A stretch of 58,083 bases of DNA, counting the filler, from Piptocephalis cylindrospora (lineage: Eukaryota): the NCBI GenBank assembly GCA_003614145.1. It is 4 parts of 4 records of this genome, joined end to end, with 100 filler letters (N's around TTAATTAATTAA, not from the genome) between each part and the next. Parts side by side here need not be neighbours in the genome. Positions count along the whole stretch, not along the records: positions 1 to 14,505 come from KZ987917.1; 3 more parts are not named here. One strand, written 5' to 3'. Shown one piece after another: positions 1-13,516 of this stretch. Under the pieces are notes generated by a model that saw only the letters and a program-made list of their open reading frames with translations, ran no database searches and was not told the DNA's origin. Position 1 is the stretch's first letter. The number at the start of each line of letters is the position of its first letter. Both the position numbers and the translations under genes were made by a program.

Positions 1-3000
1 GTAGGTGGAGGTGGTGGCCCCTGCCGGGATGCCGCCTCCCCTTCATACCTTCGTCAAGGCGGCCGATCTCTTCAGCCGGGTGCGGCTGAAGGAAGGCCTT
101 CCTCGGGTCATAAACATACCCGGACCAACAGTAGCACCAGCACCATCCTGAACCAACTTCGTCTCGGCGTCATCCCGGCAGGGGCCACCACCTCCACCTA
201 CATGAACGGTGGCGGCTCCACCACCCCCGTCTCCTCCTTTTCCCCTAATGCCTTTTCCCCTGCCATGTCAGAGGATGAATCCTCCCCTTCTAATAATTCC
301 TCCGCCGCCGCCACCACCACCACCACCCCTTCGACTCTTTCCCCCAATTCAGTCCATCCTCCCTCTTTATCCTCGGCCGCCGCCGCTGCTGCCACCTCCA
401 CCATCAATCTCCCTCCTAATTGGGGTAAAAAGACCACAGCTGATGGTCGTATCTATTATTACAATATTCTCACCGACGAGACCACCTGGACCCTTCGGGA
501 TGTCGATCCAATCACCGGTAAAAGCAAGATCCCACCTTCCACCGCCACCACTGCCCTCTCCCAGTACCCTGGTGCCTCCTCCTCCATCAACGACTCCTCT
601 GGTCTAGGAGGCATGGATCACCCTGGTCCATTGGATCCCATGGATGGGTCAAAGTAAGTTTTTTCTCTACCTTGATTGGAAGTAAGAGCCGTACCCCCTT
701 TTCCTTCATCCCTTTACATTGACCCATCCAACCCTCCCTCCTGCATAGAAGTTACTCAAATTATGCAAGAAGACCATCGGGTTACGTCGTCCCGGACTCG
801 GCCTATGATATCGACTTGTCCGACTCCCCCAACAGATCCGTGGCCTCAGGTTCCGGCCGATCCGCCTCCCTTTCCCCTCATGGATCAGGTGGTTCATCGG
901 ACGGTAAACCTCAATTGGGGAGACCCCCGTTGACTAAAGGTATCATGGATAACGAGGATCACGGAGGGGTCGAGAATGGAGAGGAGGAGGTCATGACCGG
1001 GTCTATGGCCTGGGGTCGCGTCATCTCCCCCGTCCTCCTGGCCATCCATCAGCTTAATCACTCGGCTAAACGTGGTCTAAAGTCCTCCTACATTGCCCAG
1101 TCTTCCGCCATCGTCGAAGCCATCCGTACTGCCCTCTTGGCCTCAGGCACCGTGGAGCGTGATTCCCCCGCTTTACGCTCCCATGGCTCCCTCCAGGGCC
1201 ATCACAAGTCCATCATGGCTGCCCTTAGTAAACTGGTCCTCTCTGCCAAGGGTGCTGCCCGTGTCTGGCCTGCCCCCGATGCTGTGGGTCAGCTTCAGGC
1301 TGATGCTGGAGAGGTCCTCCTTGCCGTCCGTCACTTTGCCAACTCGGCCCAGGATGCTGGCGTTCCTGTCAGGCTGAGTGTCCTTCAAGCTGCTGCTTCT
1401 GCCGCTGCTGCTATTTCCTCCTCTTCCACCACCATCGTTCCTGACGATAGTCCCGGAGGAGATGGAACCAAGTACATGGCAATGGGCGGCACGCCAGGGC
1501 CGGGGCATCCTCCCACTGATATCCTCACCCAACTGGATGTCTATTCTCGGGGCGTGGCCATGGCCCTGGCCTCCATCCTCAATTACCTCCGTGCAGGCAT
1601 CCTCCCCCCTCTCTCGGATCCCCTGTCCAAGGAGGCAAATCCCGAGGGGAACGGGGGAGGAGAAGAGGGGGAGGAGGAGGAGATCTGGGTTCGTCTGCTC
1701 AACAATGTCCTTCAGGAAATCGCCCGCCTTCTCGTCCTAGCTGCCGATATCCCTCTGGATGGTGTGAGCCATACCATTGCCGCCTCGGCCCATCGTCAGG
1801 CCAGAGCCTCCTTGTATTCCCGTGTCGGAAAAATCCTTGTTTGTTCCCAGGAAGTTGCTGGCTCTCTCAAGTCCGCACCTGGATCCTGGTCCGATAAATC
1901 CAAGTGGTCTCTCGGTCCAGGAGGTCGTATCCTCCTTGAAGAGACCATTCGATTGGAAAGATCTGTCCGTGATGTCCTTGTCGGTACAAAGTACCTCATT
2001 GAGGAAAGGGATGCCGCTGAGCAAGCCCTACTTGAGCGTGATGTTCAACGTTTCCGTGCCGTCGCCAACCAGGACGACAAGGGCCTTTCCTCCCGTGTCA
2101 CTGGCGACGGAGGCCCTGAGGCCGATGATGCCTTGATCCCTCATGTCGGCGGTCTTGGTCGGGACGATGTCTCTATGTCCATTCGTCGCGCCGTCTCCCT
2201 CACTTACCTAGGTGAAGGTTCCGCCCATGAGGCTGCCTCGGCCCATGCCCTTCGAATTCGTTCTGGTTCCAGTAGAAGTGAGGGCCTGGGTGATTCCGTT
2301 ATCGGCGAGGAGGATGAGGGGCTCGAGGAGGCTGAGACGGGGGATGAGCCTCTCGGGTCCAGAGGTTCCCGTGCAGGTACCATGGAAAAAGGTCGTATCA
2401 CCTCTCAGCCCCTCTTTTCCACCCCTGCTCAAGCTTATCGCCATGGAAATAATCCCATCTCCTCCTCTCCCTCCCCCTCCCCCTCCTCCTCCTCCCAGGA
2501 TCAAGGGTCTGATGAAGAGGGCCGGGAGGGAAAGGTGAATGAGGATCAAAGGGAAAGTGCCTACTCTCCCCCTCAATCTTTCCCTATTCCCTCGGGTATG
2601 ATCGATAAGATTGCCCCTTGGGAGGATAGGACCCTTAGTAAGGGTCCCAGGATCCCGGGTCAGAATAAGGTTGGTGGCGGAAAAGATAAGGTCCTTAAAT
2701 TCTTTGGGGATGATAAGGCTCTGGAGGTGGCTGAGGCCAGGAATCATCCGGACCTCATGAGCGGTCCTGGTGGGGGCGGTGGGGGTAGTGGTGGCCTTCT
2801 CAGCTCCACAACCTCCTCCTCTGGCATGGATGGTTTAGGTCTCGAAGGAGTCCCCGGGTCCGACCGTTTAGGTGATGGAGGGATGCTAGAGGGGGGAGGG
2901 AATGTCCACTCCTCCATAGGCGCTACTACCTCCTCCTCCTCCTTGGCCACCACCATCTCCCGTACCGGAACGATCAGCTCCGCAAATGCTGTCTCTGTCA

Positions 3001-4895
3001 GCTCCTCCATCATCCCCTCATCCTCCACTACCTCCTCTGTCATCTCTCCCCCCAGTGCCCTTATGGGTTCAGGGAAGGGACATGGGGTTTCCACAGGTCC
3101 ATCCCACTCCACCAACTCATCCCTTTCACCCTCTCCTGGTATTGGCATTGGAAGGCCCGTTCCTGAGGACAATTCCCCCCCTTGGTTTATGCTTCCGGAT
3201 TATGAACAGGACAAGGACTTGGTTCTCGATGCTAATGGCTTTGTCAAGGGCGGTACCCTCCCTGCCCTCGTCGCTCGACTTACCCAGCATGACGTCCTCG
3301 ACGCTTCCTTTAACCACACTTTCCTCCTTACCTATCGCTCTTTTTGTTCCACTGAATCCTTCCTCAATGAGCTTTTCCGTCGCTTTGAACTTCCTGTTCC
3401 TCAGGGTTTAGAGCTGGAGGAGCGGACTTTATGGAAGAAGAAGAAGCTTAGCATTGTCCGTGTCCGTGTCTTCAACATCCTCAAGACCTGGGTCGACACC
3501 TTTTACCAGATCGAGGAGGATGGCGAGGCTTCCTTGCAGCACCTACGTCAATGGGCCTCCACCGTTCTTGCTGAGGTCCTGGAGGGCTCTTCCAAGGTCC
3601 TCACCGTCCTCATTGATCGTCGTTCCGCCCTCTCCAAGATGGAAGCATCCGGAGAAGGAGGGGATGGGGATGGGTCCGGGGCCCCCGGCGGGTCCCAAGG
3701 CAGCTCTGGGTCCGCAGGTGGAGGTGGTCCCGGTTCCGGTGGGTCTGGGGCTGGGTCTTCCGGTTCGTCTGGAACTGCCGGTATGATGCACATGTCCACC
3801 CCCACGGCCATCATGAGTAAAAAGATGGTGCCTAACCTCAAGCAGGATGTTCCTCCCTCGATCATGCCCAAGAACCGAAAGAAGATCAAGCTGACCGAGA
3901 TTGACCCCTTGGAGATTGCTCGTCAGCTCACATTAATGGATTCCCAGACTTACCGAAGGATCCGTCCCACCGAGTGGCTAGGCAAGGCCTGGTCCAATGC
4001 GGATAATCCCTCTGCTGCTCCCAATATGAAATCAATGATTGTGGCGTCGAACCATCTGACAGTTTGGCTCATCGAGTCTATCCTTACCGAGGATGATATC
4101 CGGAAGCGATGTGCCATTATCCGACACTTTACCGCGGTTGGGGAGGTAAGAAGCATTCTTTGGAATTCTGATAGGTGAAGGAGGCGATAGTGATGACAAA
4201 GACTCACTCTCCCCCTCTGATTTTCCCATGTAGAAATGTCGTTTACTGAATAACTACAATGCGCTTATGGCCATCTTGGCCGGGTTGAACTCGGCTCCGA
4301 TTCACCGGCTGAAGCGAACCTGGGATGTAAGACACTTTTCTGTCCTTTTTCATTGTCCTACATGATATGGGGTATTTTTACTGATCCTTCTCCTCTAGTC
4401 CGTGAGCAATCGTTCCATGATGACCCTAGAAGGTCTAAAAGCTCTCATGGCTACGAGTAGGAACTTTGGATCCTACCGTGAAATCCTCCACTCGGTCAAC
4501 CCCCCTTGCGTTCCCTTTGTTGGTAAGTCATTCTGCTCTTTGATCTCTCCTCTCTTCTCTCCTCTCACCTATCTCATCCCCTCCTCTATATAGGTGTCTA
4601 TTTGACGGATCTTACCTTCATTGAGGATGGTAATCCCGATGTCCTCCGGGATCAGCCCCATCTCATTAACTTTAGTAAGAGGGCCAAGACGGCCGATGTC
4701 ATTCGGGAGATGCAACAATTCCAGGCTCAGCCCTATGCTCTACGTGCCATCCCCGAGGTACAGGGTTTCTTGAAGAAACATCTGGAATCCTCTGGGGATG
4801 ATACCTCTCAGTATGATCGTAGTCTTCAGATGGAACCGAGGGAGAGAGAGGATGAGAAGATTGCCCGTTTGCTGCACGAGAGCGGCTTTTTGTAA
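1..4895 (+). CDS. CDC25: Cdc25/Ste6-like Ras guanine nucleotide exchange factor (WW + REM/RasGEF_N + CDC25 catalytic domain), 5'-partial
   Basis: Frame is open from base 1. Motifs: WW (LPPNWGKKTTADGRIYYYNILTDETTW), REM (VKGGTLPALVARLT...FLLTYRSF) and catalytic ([61 protein letters not shown]). In-frame GT-AG introns at 654-748, 4146-4233, 4327-4398 and 4523-4593. Confidence 0.93.
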
Positions 4896-5191
4896 TTGGG
4901 AGGGGGGCGATACTATCACGGATGAAGTGGGAAGGGCCATGGGAGAGGGTGGGTGGTATGGACGAGATATGGTTTTTACGGTTAATAGGGGGAAGATATT
5001 ATCAAGAGACGATGAGCTGGATATTGTCATTATTTTCTCTCTTCTTCTCTGGCTATTGAATTACTTAATTTTACTGGGAGAAATGTTCTAGGTGGGATAC
5101 AATAGTTCTCATATGTGTTTGTAGTGATCCTTTGACCGACCGCCTCAACGCCGCTTTCTACACACCTCTCGCAATCACACCCAAGTACACT

Positions 5192-6841
5192 ATGCATATT
5201 GCCATCCTGGGAGCTGGCATTACCGGTCTTACACTGGCGCGCACCCTATCCCTGGGCCTTGTTGGGCGAGGAGGAGGGCCCATCCGAATCAGTGTACTTG
5301 AAGGACAAGGTCGAGTAGGTGGCTGGGTCCAAACCCAAAGGAAGTCGGTGGCCGGAGAAGACGCAGTGTTTGAGCAGGGGCCTAGGACTCTTCGACCCTC
5401 GGGGCCCGCCGGTCTGCGGACTCTAAGGCTCCTTGGGGATCTGGGCCTAGCTGAGGATGTGGTGCAGGTGGGGAAGGGGGCACCAGCTGCTCGGAAACGG
5501 TATTTGTATGTACAAGGCCGACTGCTACGACTACCTGCAAGTATCTTGGATACGGTCAAGGCTAGCGCTTCCGGTCCCCTGAAAGGATTGGTAGGTTCGG
5601 TGCTCCGGGAACCCTTTATCCCTGGTAGGCCAAGGGATCTGGAGGATGAGTCGGTCCAGGACTTTTTTGCCCGGCGTTTCCCCGGAGCGGATGGAATCCA
5701 ATTGGCGGCATCGGCAATGATGCATGGAATATATGCTGGAGATTACCGGAAGCTGAGCGTCCGATCATGCTTACCGAGCTTATGGGAAGCCGAGGGACGG
5801 TCGGGCTCACTGGTCCGTGGGATGCTCCTTTCTGGGAGCAAGGCCACGACGGAGGAGGACGAGGCTCGACATGCGCTAAAAATACATTATCCCCAGTTGA
5901 TGGAGATGGCCGAAACTTCGGCGATCTATTCGCTTCGCCAAGGACTCTCTGGGATCACCGATGCCCTAAACCAAGTTGCTATTCAATCCCCCATTGTCAC
6001 CATGAGGCCATCTAGTCCGGTGACCAAGGTGATCCTGGATGAGAGTAAAGCCAAGGTGAAATGGGGCGGGCAGGAGAAGGGCAAGGGAAGGTGCGATTGC
6101 TGTGCTAACTTGTCTTTATTTCTACTCATATTTCTATAGCTGCACCTTCAAGGAAAGTCAGGGGAAGAGGTGATGGACGCAGACTGGGTCGTCTCCACGC
6201 TACCCGGCCCATCCATAGCATCTTGTATGAAGGGGTCACCCGGAAACCCCATACCGTATACTACCCCATATGCATCAGTTGCTGTGGTGAATATGGCATT
6301 CTCTCAACGAGTCCTGCCTCTGGACCCGGCCTTTGGATATCTTGTCCCCGTACGGGAAGGTGGAGATGCCCTTGGGGTTGTGTTTGATTCCGATGCCCTC
6401 CCCTCCCAGGACGGGGCCCGTCAGGGTGGTCTAAATCGACTAACAGTAATGATGGGAGGTTGGAAGTTCAAGCAGATATTTGGAGAGAAGCCCCATCCAG
6501 ATGACGTGTTAAAAAAGGCACGGAGAGTCCTCAAGGAACAGATGGGGATCGTAAAGGAACCCATGGCCCATCACGTATCCATTCAATGCCAGTGTATCCC
6601 GCAATATGAAGTGGGTTGGTGGGATGGGATGAGACAAGTGGATGAGTGGCTACGGTCCTCGACGGGTGCGCAGGGAAGAATGGCTGTGTGCGGGGCTGGA
6701 TGGGGAGGGGTCTCGGTCAACGATTGCGTTCAAGGAGCCGAAAAGGTGGGCCATGCCCTCCTGGACCATCTGAAGGGGAAGACCTTTTCCGGTGCTTCTC
6801 CCACGCTTCCACTCACTGGACTGGAGCGATTTAGGAAATGA
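5192..6841 (+). CDS. HEM14: Protoporphyrinogen oxidase
   Basis: FAD-binding IAILGAGITGL...RVGGWVQT, plus FEQGPRTLRP, HGIYAGD...LSVRS, FGYLVP, CIPQYEVG and GVSVNDCV. One phase-0 intron at 6056-6139 joins the two ORFs. Confidence 0.95.
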
Positions 6842-7063
6842 TTCAAACACCAGAAACAATGCACTCTTTCCATTGACTGATAACAATATATAGCAGAATG
6901 TTCTGGGGGTAAAAGGAAAGGACAGGTACGTTTATACATACAGTGGATGTGGGGATACGGGCATATGGTGATAATGGTAATAGTGGCGGTGGCGGCTAGA
7001 TGAGATGAAATGTGATGGAACGGAGTGGAAAGAGGGGCTTGAGGAGACAGGGAGTAAGGCAGC

Positions 7064-7586
7064 CTACATGGATGGACGGACCAGGTGGGGGGTGCGAAGA
7101 GAATTGGAAAGATCCTTGAGAGAGGCAATGCTCTCAACCAGCCTATCCATCTGCCCTAGGGCATCCGGGGTAGTCTTGGCCAGGAGATCCATGTTATGAT
7201 CCATGGATCTGAGCTGGGCATCGCATGCCACAAAGGACTTTGCAGTGCGGTGAAATTCCTCCCGCATGTCCTCGTCCTTGGTAGTTTCCTAGGTAGGAAG
7301 AAGTGGTAAGAAGGATAGAAAGGATGACCCGCTGGGACCCAGTGCTCAAACCTACCTCAAGCAAGGCAACCATACTATCAAATAGTGACTTCCCACGGTC
7401 CTTCAAAGCCCCCTTGACCGGGGCCTTGGGGTCAGCGGGGGCTGGGGAGGCCGCGGGGGAAAGAAGGGAGTTGAGAGTGGCGGTGGAGGAAGAAAAGGCC
7501 GTAGTATACATCGAGGAAGCGAGGGAGGGGGAGGAGGCGGCTTCGGACGTATTGGAGATCCGGATGAAGGAGGAAGTCAAGGGCAT
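7064..7586 (-). CDS. BLOC-1-related complex subunit 7 (BORCS7)-like coiled-coil protein
   Basis: Exons 7586-7356 and 7288-7064 with a phase-0 intron (GTAGGT...CCTAG). The spliced core VKGALKDRGKSLFDSMVALLEETTKDEDMREEFHRTAKSFVACDAQL...TTPDALGQMDRLVESIASLKDL aligns by eye, without gaps, with my recollection of animal BORCS7. Confidence 0.65.
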
Positions 7587-9223
7587 GGTGGGCGGGGAAA
7601 GGGTTTGGGGAGGAAGAGATGGCAGGGTGATGTTATACGAGAATTGGAAAAGGGTAGCACAGGGGAAGTAGAAAGGGAAGAGGAAAGGGGGGAGAACATT
7701 GGGTCAAATGCTACTTGCCAAAGGCCTTGGGGAGTGGCTGAGATCATCCACCAAGGGGGAGATGGACACTGGTGGTGGGGTCGGGTCAGTAGTTTGGGAC
7801 ATATGTGCGGATCCGTCATCCTGGACCATGGTAAGGATAAAGCTCCCATTCCAGGCTTAGTGCATGTAGCTGCAAGGGGGAAAAGGATGGGACGTGGCCG
7901 TTAATCAAGCGTGGTCTGTGAAATGCCTCAGGGTATGCTGGACCGGACGCAAGGATTGGGAGAAGATATATGTATTTTTATTGAAGATGGATGTACAGAC
8001 CGGGATAATGAACGCAAGGATAAAGGCAGTTTACTGACCGCTCGCTTGGATGGACATGAAGCTAGTAACAAGTCGACGCTTACCGTGTTCTCATGTCAGG
8101 GCAGGAGCTAGTATGCGCTATGCTTAAGGAAGGGAGATTCCTTGGGAAAGGCAGGTAGGTCAGGTCGGCTGCACTGCGTCTCCCTTAGGTACGGGCATTT
8201 TATTGTGGGTCCCATCCGGACATCCACATGAATCGAATCGGGAGGGCAGGAGGATGTGACCTTGCTGAAGGGGGAAGGGAGGGGGGAGGGGGCGGGAGGA
8301 GATTGAATATTCATGTGTTGGAGAGATGATCTTTTATCATTGAATCAGACGCTTCTGAAGGAACAGGGGGAATAAATGATATGGGGAGGCAAACTACCGT
8401 CTCCTGGCTCTTCCTCTCTCTCCTATGAGGAAGGGGGGGGGGGGGTTGAATGCATGCCCAGACTCATAAGAGTCGGACAATATTAGTCGCAGATCATTTC
8501 TGGTTCATGCTATAGAGAGAGCCTCCCATGACCACATCACATTGTATATTTGGGACAGTATATGGACACGTTCTTTTCTTACGTTCTCTATCCTCACCCA
8601 TGTTGCAATGACGTATTTATCGCTCAGTATTATTGCCATCATCTCCTAGTCATCTTCCCCTAGTGACAGGCCCATTGCCATCTGTTTGACTAGGTCTCAT
8701 ACACTTAAGCCAGACAAGTGACCAACGCGTATATCATGTTACGCGCCCATACCATATCTCAGACACCAATAAAGCATCCTCAGACTAGCTCATTTGTCTC
8801 TTGGCCCACAAGCAGCAAGGGGGTCTCAATTGGCCCAAATACTTATATGTGCCTGTTTCAAGTGATTCATAACTCCTCCACCATGCCCATCCTTTCCTGA
8901 TACTGGAACAGTCCAAACATATCACAGAGTATAATCCAACTCAATACAGGTAAGTCTATCAGCGTCGATCCACTCAAGCCACCGGAATTGACCGGGAACG
9001 TGTCTCTCCTTGGGGAATATCGTACCATTTAGTCTTTTTTCTCTATCCCTCTAATACACAGTGGGCAGCTTCCACTCGTCCCTGAGACGTCCAGACACTT
9101 CATTAATCATGAAAGTCAAAGTCAACCTTATGGATCCATTCGTGTCATTTATGCCTTGTCCATTTCTGATCCTGGCATCTGCTCTAAATGACACTCAGCC
9201 CCCCCTCCCCCTTTGCTCATTCT

Positions 9224-9231
9224 TATAAAAA
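9224..9231 (+). promoter_or_regulatory. TATA-like box upstream of the 9363 ORF
   Basis: TATAAAAA about 135 nt upstream of the ATG, followed by a pyrimidine-rich leader. Confidence 0.45.
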
Positions 9232-9362
9232 GGTCTCCATTCCCTCGAGTTCCCCATCTTTCCTATTTTATTCCTCCTCCTCTCATCTCTTTTAATCTTC
9301 ATCATCAAACCAACCCCCTACCTTTCGAACACTCAACCTAATACCCATTCATCCATCCCATC

Positions 9363-9839
9363 ATGTCTCCCGCCAACGAGATCCTCGCTCAAGCCAATAC
9401 TCCCCAGGATTATTTCTCCTCCCAGCATAGCCGTGGTCAGTTCGCTGCCCTCTACACCCTCTTTGTGTGGACCGGCCTTCTGTGGCTCGCCCGTACCTTC
9501 CTCCACAGGTCTCGCTTTATCGGCATGTACAACCGTGCCGAGTTGACCGACGATGAGCGTTACGAGGGCTTTGGCCCCCGTATCAGTAATGGTGCCAAGC
9601 TCGGGCTCCTCCTCACCTTTATCCTCACTACCGTCCTCCTCATGAACGTCGCCTCCACCGGTGGTATGCGCGGTGTCCAGATCATTGCCTGGCTCTTCGT
9701 CGCTTTTGGTATTATCTGGACCTTTGTGGAGATGGCCATTCAGAATCGCCTCATCCGGTTTGGTTTTGCCTTGGTCGAGTACGTCCTGGCCCTCGCCATC
9801 GGTGCCCTCTCCTTCTCCAAGGGTTGGCCCTGGGCCTAG
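9363..9839 (+). CDS. Hypothetical 158-aa integral membrane protein (about 4 TM helices)
   Basis: Intronless ORF with strong C/T-ending codon bias, an upstream TATA box and four hydrophobic segments. No family recognised. Confidence 0.8.
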   Translation: MSPANEILAQANTPQDYFSSQHSRGQFAALYTLFVWTGLLWLARTFLHRSRFIGMYNRAELTDDERYEGFGPRISNGAKLGLLLTFILTTVLLMNVASTGGMRGVQIIAWLFVAFGIIWTFVEMAIQNRLIRFGFALVEYVLALAIGALSFSKGWPWA

Positions 9840-10545
9840 GATGCTCCCTCCGAGGATCGAGAGAGAAAGTCACTATCTCCAGGTGAGCGGTCGTCTCTTT
9901 CCCATGTGTAATCCCTGAGGCTAATCTCTTGGGCGATCACCATGGGGGAAGGGCGATCGCGAGTTTAGGATGTGTCTTTCTCTCCCTATGCCACTCCCGG
10001 CTCTCTCCATCGATTATCCTTGGAGTTTTTGGATCTCTCCTTCCTGGAGTGTGCACGTGCATTCTGTAGTCTGTTGGGTATAGTATACAGGGTCTTTAGG
10101 GGCCTATTGGTGAGGCATTCAGGAAAATTACTGTGATTTCCTGGATCACGCTGTTTTCTCGTGTAATCTTGGGGGTTTATCGACTCCCCTACCCACCCAT
10201 TCATCTGTGCGACCCTTCCGGATGGCCGGCTGCGAGAATTCAAGGCGTGGTGGAGATGGCAGAGGAAGTCAGAGAGAAAGGGCAAGGGGGATATTAATCC
10301 CTTTGTACCAATGTACCTTTTCCTGCCCTTCTTCCTGCCCATCTTCTTTCCTCCCCTCCCCGTAATAATAATACACATCCTGTTCTTTGCCCTATTTGTC
10401 TCAGATAAAAATCTACCATTGATTGTTTAGGTAAGAGACCACATATTGTTATCGCCACTAGCTTCCACGCCTGATAATGACGATGGAGTAATGCATTGAA
10501 ACACACATTCACCACACCTCAGTTCGAAACAGCATCCATATTGGC

Positions 10546-11196
10546 TCACTGGATCACCTTGGCTAGTTCAGCTTCTAGGCCTGATACAGACAGAAACCCA
10601 TCCGTATGGAACCATTTGCTGTAAGGAGCAGTCAAGTCAGCTTCAATGGATTTTTTGCTTTTCTTGCCGCTCCCCGACGATCCTGTCCGAGAGGTTGCTT
10701 CGTGCACCGATAGCTTGTAGAGAGGTTTATGCCCATCGGCCCCGGTCCTCACAGCAATTTCACTGGCATCCTCGGGCCGCTTCCCCAGAAACAGCAGGTC
10801 CTTGGTGCGGTAAAAGGCCCAAAAAGTCAGGAAACTCGTGATTACCACGTAAAACACCACTGACGCAATCGTGTACGACCGGATATCCACACCAGGATGC
10901 TTCCATGAGTAATAAAACTCCCCCATGGTCACTCCAGACGCTAGGAACCCCAGGAATAACTGAAGGTCCGTGTGGAAATTATTTCTGCGGAAGCCCCGCT
11001 TCTTCGTCAGATACTCCACCACAGCATCGTCTGTCGCCACCTTGAGCTCGGTCAGGGAGTTAATGTTGACCTGTACCGGGGTTTCCTCTGCGGGTGATGA
11101 GACAACTAGGAGCAGTGGATATGAGTATGTACTTTAGAAAAAGAAGCATGAAAGGGTAGAGACAATGGATTCCTTACCTTTTTCTTTGGGGGACAT
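10546..11196 (-). CDS. SPC2: Signal peptidase complex subunit 2 (SPC25 family)
   Basis: Exon 1 11196-11178, intron 11177-11106, exon 2 11105-10546. VNINSLTELKVATDDAVVEYL...HTDLQLFLG, two TM helices and C-terminal KWFHTDGFL are typical of the family. Confidence 0.88.
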
Positions 11197-11561
11197 GGTG
11201 GTGAAGGAAAGGGGGAGGGGTTCAGGGGTGAGGTGGTGTAGGAAGAGAAGAGTGAGATGGTGGTGGGAAGGGCTTGAAGAGTAGGGGAGGAGATCAAGGC
11301 TGGCCAGATTGTCCGACACTTGAGGCTCACTCACCCATTCACTTGCTCTCCAAACCCCGACGACATCCACACCAAGCCCAAGCAGTATACGGAATAGCCG
11401 CTAAAATTGAAGTTATTCCGTATATCTTTCAAGCGAGGGAGGGCCCTGAGAAAGGGAAGATTGAGGGGCCCCAGAGCTCGTTCTATCACCCTCAGAGCAT
11501 TTTCCCTGCATTATCATTCTAAATTACATGTATTTGACTCTCCTATGCTCTTGACATTAAA

Positions 11562-13516
11562 TCATACAGGAGGTGGAATCTCTTGGATTACCTGATCAAT
11601 GCAATCGAGTCGATCAATAGGATCAATGCCTTCTCTGGGGGTCGGAAGGAGCTGCTTGACCCGATGTCCTAGGGTGGGGCGAAGAGCACTTATTACATGA
11701 TCCGGCCTTACCCCTTGGGCTCTCCACGCTCCAGCCAGCGCCCTGTGAATGAGGGAAGTAGAAGATAAGCCAGTGGGTTTTGATAGGCCCATAAAGAGTC
11801 TCTGAGCAAGTCTATACGTACATGGCACCCTGAAAGAGGTCAGCGGCAGCCTTGGCCGTCACTCCGCTCACTCCATTCTTAGTTCGAAGGGCAATTACCA
11901 AGTCCCTGCAGTAAGCTCGAAGGGTCGGATCCATGTAAACCACTTTTTGGTCTTTGATCATCTCCTCGATCACCTGTCCAATTCATAGGAAAATCAGGGA
12001 TAAGTCAAGGATGTGCCCTTGACACTCGGCTGCTATTCGCTCCTCCTTCACTTACCTCTGGCGCAAATACTGCTCTATCCTGAAAAGATGAATTGGGAGA
12101 GGAGGAGGAGGAGGAGGAGCCGCTAGTGGCATTTCTGACCATCCCTCTGGCCTCCACCTTACTTTCCTCCTCTGGGTCTAGGACATGACTCCAGAAAAAC
12201 GTATCCAGCTGGAAGGGGAAATCACAGGTAATGATGACATTACATTAGTATTGTATTTCTCCTTGAAATAACATCTACCATCATCTTCTTACCATAAAGG
12301 GTGGAAGGGTAGCGACGGCGGGGAGGGAGGTGATGACAATGATGCATCTAGGCCGCTTTTCCCTTTCCTCATCTCGCTCCCCATCTAGCTTTCCATACAT
12401 TAGGACCTGGTCCATGGAAAAAGTTAATGATCCTGTCAGTATCATTCCCCATCCTAAGCACCTCTCCCCATCCGCTATGCTCCCACCATGCTGCCCTTAC
12501 CTGCATCAAAGCTGCTCTAACTGTACTAGAGGCTCGTTCCAGGCCCTCGACCACAAGCAAAGTCCCTCTACTTTTGCTGCCCGATCCTCCTCTCACCAGT
12601 CCAGAAGAGGCGGGGAAAGAGGTGGAGGAGGGGGAGGTAGAGATGTTGGAGTTAATGGTTGCTGCCAAGGAATCCATTGTCACACTCCGTCTCACCCCCC
12701 TTCCGGCACGCTTCCCACCCAAAGTCAGGTCAGAATGGGTAATGGGCCGGCTGGGAGGGATAAGAGATGGGACGGATCGACTGGGGTTAGTATTCTCTTC
12801 CGGGTTAGCAGAGTCATGTCCTGGGATGTAGTGGATCGCCGCTTTTTCAGACCCGGTGGAATCCTACATTTTCATAAGGGGTAGAGGGGATGTCAGCACC
12901 AGGGCAATGCCAGACCTGGTCCTGCTTTACTGCTTGACCCCCACAAATTACTCACGGTCGAAATGGAAGGCTGGAGGGGGAAGGGGTAACGGGGAGATGA
13001 GGTAGGTGAGGGGGAATCAGTAGGAGAGGTGCTTAGCGAAGGAGAGGGGCGTTTAGATGTGGTAATCCAAGGTGGACGAGAGATCGATCGTTTTACCGGC
13101 GTTTGAGGAGTTTGCCGAGAAGTAGAAGATCCTGCTGTTCCCCGGTCCATTGATCCATCTTTTCCGCCCATGGTGCTCCTCCCATCCCAGGTAGAGTCGG
13201 GAAGAGAGAGCAAGAAACCGAGCCCTCCTTGAGCCCCATCTTCCTCGGTGAGTGGTCTGGGGGAGGGGGCTAAAGAAGAGCTACCCGTTCCAGCGGTACT
13301 AGGCCTTAGGCTAAGGATACTCCCATGTCGCACCATCCCTTCTCTTCCCCGTCGCAGTCGCGAAGACACGCCTGTTTCCTCCTGTGAGGTGAGTGGAGTG
13401 GCATCCATGGGCCTGGTCCCAAAAAAGGCTTCTTTTAACGAAGACACCGAGGGGCCCGGCCCCAAAAAGCCAAGCTGCATCCTCCTTGTCCCTAATCCAA
13501 AAAGCTTTTCGCCCAT
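11562..13516 (-). CDS. Fungal MoxR/Mg-chelatase-like AAA-lid protein, downstream exons (probable first exon on the opposite strand at 14143-14364)
   Basis: Five in-phase GT-AG introns link LLVVEGLERASSTVRAALMQ|VL, LPPFM|LDTFFWSH and a lid-like VYMDPTLRAYCRDLVIALR...GVTAKAAADL...VRPDHV...LGHRV...QEIPPPV*. Confidence 0.72.

Noticed and set aside
400..500. WW domain in a RasGEF as a novel fusion
   Set aside because: WW-containing Cdc25-type GEFs are already known in fungi.
7600..8314. Minus-strand short ORFs with splice-like signals upstream of the BORCS7-like gene
   Set aside because: No splicing combination I tried gave a convincing protein; it may be a spliced leader but this is unsupported.
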